This document shows positions 24,034 to 35,528 of a stretch of 64,000 nt of DNA, piece by piece. Source of the stretch: Balanoglossus misakiensis (taxonomy: Eukaryota; Animalia; Hemichordata). A program made the position numbers and the translations under genes. The stretch is taken from NCBI GenBank assembly GCA_040954595.2, contig CM082576.2:14821129-14885128 (forward strand), written 5' to 3'. The notes beneath the pieces were generated by a model that was not told where the DNA came from, did not search any database, and saw only the letters and a list, made by a program, of their open reading frames with translations. Position 1 is the first letter of the stretch. Every line of letters starts with the position of its first letter.

Positions 24034-24290
24034 CTGAAAACCAACCCCATCTGAAGCATGTTTCGATCAAATCCCATCATTTTCTTAGAGACATTCTTCC
24101 TTTTCGCAAATACCTATCCATTGTTTGAGTGGAATCCTCTGACCTCAAACGTAGCCCACTGGGGCACAATGCCACAACGGTTCAAGTCAAGCACAGAGCA
24201 CAGTCGAGCTATTTCAATTAACAAGGGCATTCCCAACCACACAATCTCATTCCTCTGACTTCAATTCTTCATCTTAACAGAAATGATTCC
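24034..24290 (+). pseudogene. Decayed tyrosine-recombinase C-terminal fragment, DIRS/Ngaro-like
   Basis: In one frame: LKTNPI* ... NPIIFLETF ... YPLFEWNPLTS ... HSR ... GIPNHTI. Same order as DIRS YR motifs SKTDPFR, CPV.AL..Y, PLF...PLT, HSFR, GIPDHLI. Confidence 0.42.
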
Positions 24291-27200
24291 CGAATTAATC
24301 TGTTACCTACTTCACCCACTGTCCTTGTTTTACAAAATAATAATTGCTTTGACTGCATCTGTGTCCCTCATTAAAGCTCTTTAACTCTATTATTTTGTTC
24401 CCAACGTAGGTTCTATCTTCCTCAATGAATTTCTTTTACTGTCCTGGTCCTTACACACCACATTTTCTTCATTACAATTCCACTTTTCCTACATTAAATC
24501 TTACCTATTCATGCATATAGATATCGTAGGTATTATGTATGCAGTACGTCCTATGTCTAGAGACAAATACAAATTTGTTTGATTAGGTTTTTTGTTCACT
24601 TTTTCATTATTTGTTATCTCAACTGCACCTTTATCCACTTTTTGTTGATAGATTTTGTGTCAAAACTCCATTCTCCCGGCCCCCCGCCCCCTACCTTTCC
24701 TGCCCATTTCCTTGTGGGTGCCAAAGCTTTCCGGTTGGAAATCGTTAAAAGAAAGGTGGGTCTGTCCCACATATTTGCATTCTGCACCAGCTGGCAATGA
24801 TGTACCAAGTGAACAACCACAAAGTACAGAAGAGACCAATTTGCACAGCCTGCTATAAAAACTGTCTGCCTACATCTCAACTGTCTTTCAACACCTGTGC
24901 ACACAACTGCTCTTTTCACCCACAAATGTGATTTGAATTCACAGCACTATAAGCAGTGGTTGATCTAAATTTGCCTCTTTGAAAATACACACAATGCAAT
25001 ACATAGTCATCTCTGGTTTTCATTTCTTCTACACATTCCTTGAACTTTCTGATATTACTGCCATATTTCACATATCATGAATTGTGACCATTCTAATTCT
25101 ATTCAGCAGTGAGTGATTCCAACGTTGAGTGACAGCATTTTGTTTCAAATGGTTCTCGGACATTGATGAATTTGAAATGGGCTGCAATAATTTGAAGTGG
25201 AAAGTTTATGAGGTACTTGACTGTACATGGTGTTATAATGGATCTACGTGTTCTATATATTTCAACACATTCTATCTTCTGAGATTCTGATGGAGCCCAC
25301 AAGACACATGCAGGCAGCAATGTATTTTATATCAATTTTTAATTCACAGTCATTAATTCTCATATTAGTTGTGGTGAAGATCTGGATGCAAAGAATTTTT
25401 AAAAGATATTGGCACATCAGACAGAGACATTTGAATAAATGTAGGTCACAGAGCAAAGTTATTGCATGCCGTGACAATTTCACCCAAGACTGTGCATATA
25501 CTAAACACATGATTGCATCACTCAGTATATAAAAGTGTTGAACAAACTCCCTCTGGGCAAAACATCTGAAATGGCTGATCAACTCCCGTCACAAGCTGTA
25601 AGCATACGACAATCATGTCATGGTATTCCATCATCAATATGCAGCCTAGTTACATGGAATAGTTGTCTCCTGTCCCTACTGTATACAGCACGTCAGAGTT
25701 ATCACAAAGAACCTATGAATCATCATAAACATTAACTGACATTTTCAATTTACCATATCAGGTTAAGAGGTTCATTTTATCGCCACCATAATTGAAATAA
25801 TAGAAACATAAAATGAAAAAAGAAAAGAAATATGAAAGGCTATTAGTTTGATGAATTAAATTAGCTGCACACAATAGCATTGATGGATTAGTACCAGCAC
25901 CATGCAAGGTAGACGTACTCTTATGATTGAAAAACAAATTAAAACATCAATTTCTGTGGATTCATCAGTCTAATCGGCGGCAAACCAGTGTAAGCTCCTA
26001 CTAGTAACAACTACATGTCTGAAACCCTTAAACGAAAGGTAACAAATTATAGTACAGTAACATCAGACAACAAACAAATGCTAAAAAAATTCAAATCCTT
26101 GAAAAATAAGTATGTGGACACAAGGTAAAATATAATTAAGAAGTGGTGTCAGGTGTTTCAAAAATAGTTAAGACTGAGAATTCCTGTTCCTTATGGCATC
26201 TACCTGTATCAATCAATCAATCTATGAATAATATGTAGAAAGTGGCTATCTGTATGAAATAATCAGGAGCTACCCAGAAGACTGTAGATTGAACATTGAT
26301 ATTTGCTGAGCTTAATGACAGCGAAATGTGGGTATGGCACAAACAGTTCATACATGAACGTTTCCTCATGCTCTGCCACTCCTTGACTGATCCCCCACCC
26401 CACCTCACCCCTGCTCTGGTGTTTGGAGTTGAAAATGGTCACTAGGCAGCCATCTTGATACAAAACATATGAATCTGTGTAAATAGTCATTGTCTACTAT
26501 GGGTGTTTTAATACTTGTAACGGCCCTTGCAATAAATTGTGTCTCTATTGGATCATTATGAAAACAAACTGATATGAATCGTATAAGAAAGCTATTAGTT
26601 TGTTCTTGTTAGAATTCAAAATCAGTCTTGCCTGTGTCAAAGCCTTGGTAATAACTACATAGTACATGTTTTGAAGTTTGGAATGTATGTTAGTGCTTTT
26701 ACTTGCTTCAGTCCCTTTGCAAAGGCAAGGGTTCTGAAGCCTATAAAAAGTATCACTTGGCTTTACTGGCTCACGTTGCAAAACACTGAATTTTAAAAGT
26801 GGTCGGTCCAGGCGAACTTGTGCATTCAATCCATACATATGAGATCAACTAGACCCTGAGGAACTCATCTGACTTAGACTAAATGAAGTTGCACATGACA
26901 AAGTTCTTTTTTCCATTTCATTTGTTACAACGCTTGGTAAACCTCAGAAAGTCTTGTTCATGATTAAATCTTGCAACATGCAATTTAGTTCAATCACAAA
27001 TGCTTTGGGGAATTTCTGACCATTCTGTATGTCATTTTCAGAAACGTCGATTATCAGATCTTGAGCGCGATTTGAAGATAGCAGGGCACGTGTCAGGGTT
27101 CACACATCAAATGAAAGACATTTTCGTTTTTCTATCAATGGACAGTCAATTGCTATTCGCACGTTTTCCACAATGATTTTCAATAAAAGTTTTTTTTATA

Positions 27201-27516
27201 ATCTTAACAGTCCAACCATGTCAATGACATCTATGCGTAAACCGTAAATTATTGATGAAGACAATTGAATAATTACAGTTATTATGTACAAGCCCATAGA
27301 GCATTACATGTGAAGCCTATTTTCAGTCATTTCAACACACCTGGTACCACTGCTTTCTTAGATGTCTTGAGGAATGTAAATTCTACATGTACATCAATCT
27401 TTCATGGATTACAAGGGAGTATGTGACTAATCAGGTAGTGAAACACTGGGTCCCATTTTAATGCATGTACATGTATGCAGCAGAGTATAAAAATTAGAAA
27501 CAAAGAAACAATTTAA

Positions 27517-27752
27517 AGGGAAGGGGTCGTCGCGTCGCATGGGTGTCCCCCTTGATGAGAATATGTCCTCCCATACCAGCGCAAACCCCACTGCAGTCGC
27601 CACGACCTACTAGGAATTCTTCAGTTGCTGTCATGCCCAGTCTACGCTACGGGTGGCTGTTTCGTTCATTCTAAGAATTATCTAATTTCAGGGATTTGTG
27701 GGGGAATTCTAACGTCTATCAACAAACCAACATGGTGTGACAACCCCTTCAC
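27517..27752. mobile_element. TTAA-flanked MITE, Kolobok-like, about 236 bp
   Basis: TTAA|AGGGAAGGGGTCGTC ... GACAACCCCTTCAC|TTAA, imperfect TIR. Confidence 0.6.
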
Positions 27753-28409
27753 TTAAAACAAATAAATTCTACAGCAAACATTAGACTTCACTTTCTGTTT
27801 TAGAGGGGGAATGGTTTCAGTCACATTCAATACATCTTAAAGGATATATTTCCATCCACTGGAAAAACAAATGCACATTTCAACAATATGTACAATACGA
27901 GAACAAAAAACCACATAATCTCTTTTCTGGATAATCTTTGCATCACTTTGTTCCTCAGGAAAATTTTCCTTGATTTTACCGACAACTCTAAGGAAATTAC
28001 TCTGCTATATCTCATCTTAAAGATTAAATCTTCAAACAGATGGTAAAGACTGTCTTCAGGCATGTTCTCTGTTTCTAGATTCAATGATGGGGGTCGACAT
28101 AGCATATTTATCAAATAAGTTGAAGTTCTGCTGGAATTTCCACCAAGGTGAACGCACTTTAGATTACACCCTGAAGATTGCTGTTCCGGGAAACAAGGAA
28201 ATAATCAATTTCAGACACATGAAGATATGTCCATGAGTGAGCTGAAATTTTCATCACTTCGATAATCTCTTTTATCTTGCAATTATCTTACTCTAGCAAA
28301 CTACAATTTAACTTTTCCCCCCAATCAATGATGTATCTTTTTTTGGCCATGTTCATATAAAGTCGGGATGAGTGATTACAATACATTCATACATGTATGG
28401 TATGAGCAA

Positions 28410-28613
28410 CTGTAAAACGGGTTATTTTCGCAAGCAATAAATTTTCGGAAAATACGCGAGAGTCAAAAAAGGTTAAAATAAAAAGTCATGTAAATTTTTT
28501 TTCAGAGATACCAATGCATAGAAATGCGAGAATGCGAAAATTAATCCTCGCGTAACAGTTGCCTATTTTGAAATTGTGAACATTTCCTGTCGCGAAAATA
28601 ACCCGTTTTACAG
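28410..28613 (+). mobile_element. CTGTAAAA-family MITE, copy C
   Basis: CTGTAAAACGGGTTATTTTCGC ... GCGAAAATAACCCGTTTTACAG|TA. Confidence 0.85.
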
Positions 28614-30686
28614 TACTTGATCATTCAGGACTATGATTGTCTTGGTGCATTTTCCCCGCTTTGGCCCTCAGGTGACAATCTGTGATTGGCTGGCAGGCTC
28701 TTCAATATCAAAGGTATTGGTGGTTCTATATTTATGCAAATGACTGTTCAACCCTAACTGTTCCATGTACCTATATACCTAACCTAATAGTATAGAAATG
28801 TGCTTGTAATAATTATAATGCTTTGCTTTGAAATTCAACTAGTATTTGATTCACTTGAGTTAAATATTTAACAGCTTGCATTTGTAATAATTGCCAATGG
28901 CATACATGCCAAGGGCTTCTATATTTTTCAATGCACCTCCAAAAACAAAACATTTTTTTTCCATGGCATAACAGTTACTTTACAACTCTAAAAGGATGGA
29001 TTTATTTTAGTTCAGTGTTAAGTGCATGCTTAGTTTAGATGTCTGCCATGGAGTGTGAAACGACTGGTATTTGGTGGAAGCACACTGTACCTGTATATAC
29101 TTTAATGAGTATTCATTTCAACTGCCAGACTCTCAGCGATAAAATGCTCTGAGAGAGAGACAGTATAATTTTATTTCACAGCTGGGCAGATCATAATCAC
29201 AATACTTTCTGAACGGATAATCTAAATGGCTATTAGGAACACAGTGTCTTTCTTCAGTAGAAGGGAGTGTTTAGTGTCGTACAGAAACAACTAATGGTTT
29301 CAGGGGTTCCTGCCCTCAATATATGGAATATACAGGCCAGTTTTTTGTAATAGGTTGCTATTAGAACTCAACAGGAAAATGAAGGTCACAGTGTTTCATA
29401 TCTTTTCCAGTCTCTGTGTCAGGAATTTTCAGTATATTACACACAGTTCTATTTGATGGACGGTATCCATGTAATGTCAAACAAATCTTCACTATCAACA
29501 TGAAAAACAGATGGAGCACTCATTCAAGCTGACGATGCATCGCCCTTCAACTGATTATCAAGCTTTCCACAAAGCAGATTTGGACATATTGATTATCGAA
29601 CTATAATTATCATGCACTGTTTAACATAATTATTTTCTAGGTGGTATAATTCCAGGTGAAATTTGTATCGGCATATGGTATAGAAACTTAGGTGTGATTT
29701 CAGACTCAAAAAAAATCAAAAACATAGAGTCTAAACTCATGTGTATAATTCAAAATTGGGAGGAAAAATAGACAAAAATTGAAGGAAGACACTTTTAGAC
29801 AAGAAACACAATGTGACTAAACATCTTTTTGGACTAAAATCACACGGAGTTTGCAGTCCCAGATGCTGCAAGGACACTCCAAACTCATCATCATACACAC
29901 TCATTATCTGTCGTATTAGAAACACTGCAACAGCCATCATTATCGTATCCGTTACAAGGAATGTTAGTATCATCACCACCACACCCACTGAAGGCTCAGT
30001 GGCTCTAGAGGAGGCAAGGACATTCAAAAGAAGGCTTACTTTTACTGAATGTAAAATGGTGTAAAAAGATTATCATGAAGAGAGAACATGGTAAAAAGCA
30101 GTGGAGATGTAAAAAACCCACGCATGCTGAAAAATGAACCACTGGCTTGTCTGGTACATATTGTGGTGCATCCTCTAAAAAGACTACACCATGAAAGGGG
30201 CAGAAAGTGAGAGAGTGAGAGAGAAAAGATTGAAAAAAAAACATGGTCTTTATAATTATAATGATGTGGAGATTTTGAATCTGTATGACTCAATCATCTA
30301 TGAATGACTGATTAAAAGAGTTACCGGTAGATGTATTAAGTGAATAAAAGTTAGTAAGATCTTACAGCCAGTAGTAGTCGCATGAGTGAGTTGTGGGAAA
30401 AAACATGACAGTGATTGATGTTAGCTTTACTAGATTTCCACCACACAGCTTAGAAGACTTGGGTTAATTGTAGATTGTTTTTTTTGAAGTGATTCTCAAC
30501 TGCTTTTACCTTGATCTTGAGTTTTGAAGGGTGGGGAGGGTAGTACCGAATTCCTTTGCTATCCCCCTCACTCTAAAGCACCATTTTGATTGACAACCAA
30601 GAGAAAGAGCTGCTGCTCTATATAATAGTGTGAGCGGATAGGCTAGACTTTCTCTTGGTCGGCCATACACACCCCATTGTCCTTAC

Positions 30687-30695
30687 CTTGCCTTC
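30687..30695 (-). CDS. Candidate 9-nt microexon (Glu-Gly-Lys) in the giant PH-domain intron
   Basis: tgccatgttttctctgttctttttctgtag|GAAGGCAAG|gtaagg. Strong polypyrimidine tract, TAG acceptor and near-consensus donor. Phase 0-0 is compatible with the phase-0 acceptor at 14023. Confidence 0.6.
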
Positions 30696-32164
30696 CTACA
30701 GAAAAAGAACAGAGAAAACATGGCATTCAATACACGAGAATAACACAAGTACCACATATTTAGTAATTCTAACACTGTAACAGTTTGTCGTACAAGACAG
30801 ACATATAGTGTCACAAACAGACATTAGCAAGTAGTCAAGGCATCTGCAAGTAGTTTCCTGCCCATGACAACTTGGGGATAGCGCTGTCAAAAGACAATGC
30901 ATACAATAATCCTCGCTGGCCTAAACCAGTATGCACTACTATTACATGTAGTGTATTGTCTGATAAAATGAGTGACACTTTTCCGATCCTTACAAAAAAA
31001 CTATTTGTAATGATAACATATTGTTTTCCAGTCTACACTATACAATTCATGTACTTATATTGCAAGGCCATAAAAAAAAACATGACGTCAAAGATATGAC
31101 AGAAATATGAAATCATGATTAGCTGCAAGGCAAGAATATCCAATTCACACACATATCTCAATCCATACAGTCACGTTTTTGTGAAATGTGACTCTTGTTT
31201 GTATAACAGAAAGATGGGTTTATGTATTGAGAGGTTTGACATTTACAATTTTACTGCACTAAGTCCTCACTTAATTTACTTTCTACGAGCAAAGTGCAAG
31301 CTACTTGTTTGAAACATGTCCCCCAAAAGTTGCTTAATTAGTGTTGGTGCAATATACTAATTTTGTGCATAGCTTTAAAGGGAATTTAGACCACACAGGA
31401 AATATACAAATTTACATGTGTGCTATGTCATCATAACACTATAGTCTTGATTTGTGTCCACTGATATCATAGTTTTTGAAAGAAAATGCAAGACTAGAAT
31501 GTAGAATGATTTGTGTAGAGTTTACAAGGAAATCTGCAAATTCTGGAGTACCAGCTGCTCAATTATGGACTTTTTATGGACAATTATATCTATCATCATT
31601 CTCTTCAAGAAAGTTTACACATACAGTCAAACTTGTCAATAGCAGCCAGTCAAGGGACTTTCCTAAACCGGCCTTTATAGACAGGTGGCCTTTATAGACA
31701 GGTCTAGTAATGCACATGTAAATTGTGCAGAGGAACTACAACTACATGTAATTGGCCACCTGGCCATGAACCCATGTTTGACTAGATCACTGTGTGTTCA
31801 TTTACATAAAAACAATATGAAATCCCGATTTGCTTTTTTGGTACTAAGCTTTATACACAGCTGAAGCTTATCATGATTATGACAAATGCAACTGCCACAT
31901 CCAGAGGTTTTTTATAGGGCGAAGTATGATGGCAATTTTCATCAATCAATGGACTGTAATAAACATCTTTCGTTAAATCTCTTCTATTTACTTAATACCA
32001 GATTGGTCCCTTGACACTGTCTAAACATGGGTCGACGTTTTGTCGATGCTGATATATGGATGCACAGTAAAAGCTGTTGCATGACAAACTACCATGGCTG
32101 TACCTACTTTACAAACATATGATGGTATTGAATGCCAGTGCCACTCATCGGGTTGATTTTTTAA

Positions 32165-32249
32165 CCTTTTCACCCCCGTTTCCTTCTATAGAGGTCCAAG
32201 TTTAATATAGAAAACAATGGAATTGGACTAAACCATGGCGTTGACAGGG
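32165..32249. mobile_element. Tiny piggyBac-like MITE, 85 bp, copy 2
   Basis: TTAA|CCTTTTCACC ... TTGACAGGG|TTAA. Shares TAGAAAACAATGG..TTGGACT.AACCATGG with 7100-7184. Confidence 0.8.
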
Positions 32250-32968
32250 TTAATCGATGTCACTATGTCAAAACATAACATCCGTTCTGCGTTTTCGTTC
32301 GCAACTCACAACTTGCGGTGTTATTGCATTTTATCTACGCACAGGAGAAGACAAACGGAAACTATAAGGATGGATTCACGGTGAAAAAGACAAATAACAT
32401 TCTGCACATCGTTCATTATTTGGTTCTCAATTGACCACAAATACAAATGGCTACAGAAATTGATAGTATACAGACCGATACGGAAAAGGGTAACCCACGT
32501 TGCCTGAAGCAGAGTAGAAGGTTAAACCGTGGTTTCCAGTAACCGTGCCTCTAAATGATTTATGCGCAAAAAAATGACATTTTGTACTGAATATATTAAA
32601 AAGTTCTCGTTTCTTTTTTGCAAGGGCAGTCGAATTTTATGGAGTGTGGGATAAAGTTGAAATCTCTGTGAGGTGAAATCTAATCTATACTGGTGGACCA
32701 GTGGACATGTGACAAAAAGCAATATTTGTCTTCAATCACAGATACATGTATGGTAAGCATACATGGAGTACCCTTATGATTTTAAACTGTCTAATAAAAG
32801 TTTACTGTCTTTCAGTGGGTTTTTTTGGTCATCTCCAAAAATTGAAATGGTTTTGAGGAATAGCTCTGGGCATACAAATCATAGCAAAATGGCTGCCAGC
32901 ATGAGCTGGATCCTTGCACCAAATTTGAATAAAATCAGTTCAGAAAATGAACAAAATAATGATTAAAT

Positions 32969-35528
32969 TATTATTATTATTTATTCACATACTGTAGGCC
33001 ACCGGCCCATAGGTATACATCATATAATAAAGTTACATCGCTGAAGACGCTGTTTACATGTAGTTATTTACACAACATTTGCAGGTGTTGAACCTGGTAT
33101 TGCATTATGACGTTTCCTTGTGGAAAACAATATAAACTTTGATAGATTCTGTATAATGGAAGCATTTTCAGATTGCAAAAGTTTGACAAATTTATCAATG
33201 GACGGTAATGTATAGAAATATTTTGGGATATACTTGGCTCTCAAATCTGTATAAAATGGACATATCAGGCAAAAATGAAATTCATCTTCTATATTATTTG
33301 TGTTACAATAGAGACAAATTCTCTCAGCACGTTGGTTATGTAGATGTCTGTCTGATTCTATTCTCAAGGTATGTGCGGAAACACGAAAGCGACACAAGGC
33401 ATTCCGAAATTTCTCTTCCTGTAAGACTGAAAAATATTTCTCTCTACCAAATGAACTCTTAAATTTACAATAGGTATCCAATTTGGGGAAAGCACTCATG
33501 TTGGCGTACCATTCTTGAATGAATATATCTTGACAACGCTGCTTAAACAAACTCAAAAATACATTAACATTCCCAACCCCTTGGCTCAGCCAAGCTTCAC
33601 CCATTCCAAGAGAAAAAAGTAACTGTTTCACTCCAAAAGCCCAGCAGCCTTTACTCTTTTCGGCTTCACAAAATTGAAATTTGTAACAGGTGTGCACAAT
33701 GCGACAATGAGGGAGAGACAATAATCTAAGCCAATATTTAACAACTCTGGCCAGTCTGACAGTACGGATTGAAAAACGACCCAATTCACCCTTTACAGCC
33801 AAGTTTGGAGCATTATGATAAAGCTTCAATATAAAGCGACAAAATTTGTTTTGAACTAATTCAATCTGCTCTCCCGCATGTAGACCCCAAACTTCACTAC
33901 CATACATCATAATTGGTAGTATTTTAGTGTCAAAAATTTTAAAAGCCAAGCTGACATCAAGAAGTCTAAACTTGCATAGTGATTTTTTAACATTAAATAA
34001 AGCTTTTGTAGCTTGAATTGCTAATTGACTCTGTGCTTTGTTCCATAAACCAGAGCTAGAAAACAGTACACCAAGGTAGTTATAGACTGGGACAACTTCA
34101 ATTCTGTTACCATTTATAAACCACTTTTCACTAGCTTTTAGCCGACCACCCTTTCTAAAAACAATAATTTTTGATTTGTCAATATTAACTCTCAGTTTCC
34201 ACTTATTAGCGTAAACTGATAAGTTATTCAATAATCTTTGCAAACCAATTTTCGTTGAGCTGAAAAGGGTCAAATCATCAGCGAAAAGCAAGAAGAAAAG
34301 TTTGATAGTTGCTATGTGTACTCCTGCAAAATCATGATCAAGTGCTTCTCTCATATCATTGATAAATAAAGTAAATAAGAGTGGGGACAGGATACTACCT
34401 TGTTGTACACCTAGCTCACATTTGAAAAAATCTGACATTCCTGCACTAGTTCGAACACATGCGGTTACATTAGCATACATAGAGCGCAGTACAGAAAAAA
34501 CTTTGCCTTTCAAACCTGCTTTGAACAATTTGTAAAATAAAAGGCAATGGTTTACACGATCAAATGCCTTTTCAAAGTCTATAAAGGCACAGTAAAATCT
34601 GTCTTTTAGGTCTAAATATCTCGTAACAATAGTATGTAAAATAAAAATGTTATCAGCAGTTGAGTATTTCTTTCGGAAACCACCTTGCTCTTCTATAAGT
34701 GGAAAATATGTCTCTGACCAAGCCAGAAGCCTTTGATAAACAATGTCACTAAAAACCTTATTTATGGTGGGTAAAAGAGTTATTCCCCTGTAATTATTCA
34801 CAATATCTTTTGGACCTTTCTTATGCAAAGGTACAATTAGCCCTTGGGCCCACTGTTCTGGGAAGTTACCAGTATTTAATATTTTATTGAAAACACACAA
34901 AATCAGTCTCTTCAGGTGTAAAGGAGAATTTTTAAGAATTTCAGGAGAGATCCCATCAAACCCAGGGGCTTTACCTCCTTTAAGGCGACAAAGAGCATTA
35001 TCAAATTCCCCCATTGTAATATCAGTATCAAGCTCTCCAGTTTCGTACACAGTGTCATTTAAATTCTCATGGTAATTTACCTGGTCCATAAATGTTTTAA
35101 TTTCCTCATAAAATTCTGTATCTGAAGTATGCACCTGTGTTAACGGTTCAGTAAAGAGCTCTGAAAAAAAGTTAAACCACTCCTCCCCTGAAATATTTGG
35201 AGCTGGACCACATTTCTTTACATTAATTAACTTCCAGAATTCCTTGGAATTAGACTGTCTACTCAATATTTCCAGTTTTTGCTTCTCAAATTCATAGAAA
35301 GCATTTTTCTTGAAATTCAATAAACATTTATACTTTTTTCGAATCAATATAGATTTTCAGACAACTACTGGATCTACTGTTACGAAAATTATTTAAAGCC
35401 TTATTAACACACCTTTTCAATTGGCTACACTCTTGGTCATACCAGGACTTACATTTACCATGATAGGAGCCAGTAAATTTTGAACAAAGCACTTTCATAG
35501 ACTGGACTGATGCAAGAATTGACTCCAT
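32969..35528 (-). mobile_element. 5'-truncated non-LTR retrotransposon, RTE-X-like LINE
   Basis: RT ORF, 3' UTR with AATAAA and (TAA)n tail at 32969-32985, and a 14-bp TSD AATAATGATTAAAT at 32955-32968 and 35529-35542. Endonuclease domain absent because of truncation. Clade assigned from the C-terminal motif and tail type. Confidence 0.92.
33068..35347 (-). CDS. LINE ORF2 remnant: reverse transcriptase plus C-terminal Cys/His domain, 759 aa uninterrupted
   Basis: Motifs KAPGFDG, NYRGITLL, QGGFR, FIDFEKAFD, GVQQGSILSPLLF, FADD, YLGV and ERICLYC...EDEFHFCLICP. The upstream part (WYDQEC, 35328-35528) is in another frame across an A-run near 35335-35340. Confidence 0.93.
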   Translation of the reverse strand: MIRKKYKCLLNFKKNAFYEFEKQKLEILSRQSNSKEFWKLINVKKCGPAPNISGEEWFNFFSELFTEPLTQVHTSDTEFYEEIKTFMDQVNYHENLNDTVYETGELDTDITMGEFDNALCRLKGGKAPGFDGISPEILKNSPLHLKRLILCVFNKILNTGNFPEQWAQGLIVPLHKKGPKDIVNNYRGITLLPTINKVFSDIVYQRLLAWSETYFPLIEEQGGFRKKYSTADNIFILHTIVTRYLDLKDRFYCAFIDFEKAFDRVNHCLLFYKLFKAGLKGKVFSVLRSMYANVTACVRTSAGMSDFFKCELGVQQGSILSPLLFTLFINDMREALDHDFAGVHIATIKLFFLLFADDLTLFSSTKIGLQRLLNNLSVYANKWKLRVNIDKSKIIVFRKGGRLKASEKWFINGNRIEVVPVYNYLGVLFSSSGLWNKAQSQLAIQATKALFNVKKSLCKFRLLDVSLAFKIFDTKILPIMMYGSEVWGLHAGEQIELVQNKFCRFILKLYHNAPNLAVKGELGRFSIRTVRLARVVKYWLRLLSLPHCRIVHTCYKFQFCEAEKSKGCWAFGVKQLLFSLGMGEAWLSQGVGNVNVFLSLFKQRCQDIFIQEWYANMSAFPKLDTYCKFKSSFGREKYFSVLQEEKFRNALCRFRVSAHTLRIESDRHLHNQRAERICLYCNTNNIEDEFHFCLICPFYTDLRAKYIPKYFYTLPSIDKFVKLLQSENASIIQNLSKFILFSTRKRHNAIPGSTPANVV

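Noticed and set aside
29737-30027. ORF containing VYDDEFGVSL, resembling PLC-beta KVDEFGFFL
   Set aside because: Lacks the following W.SEG motif and has no suitable donor. Treated as chance.
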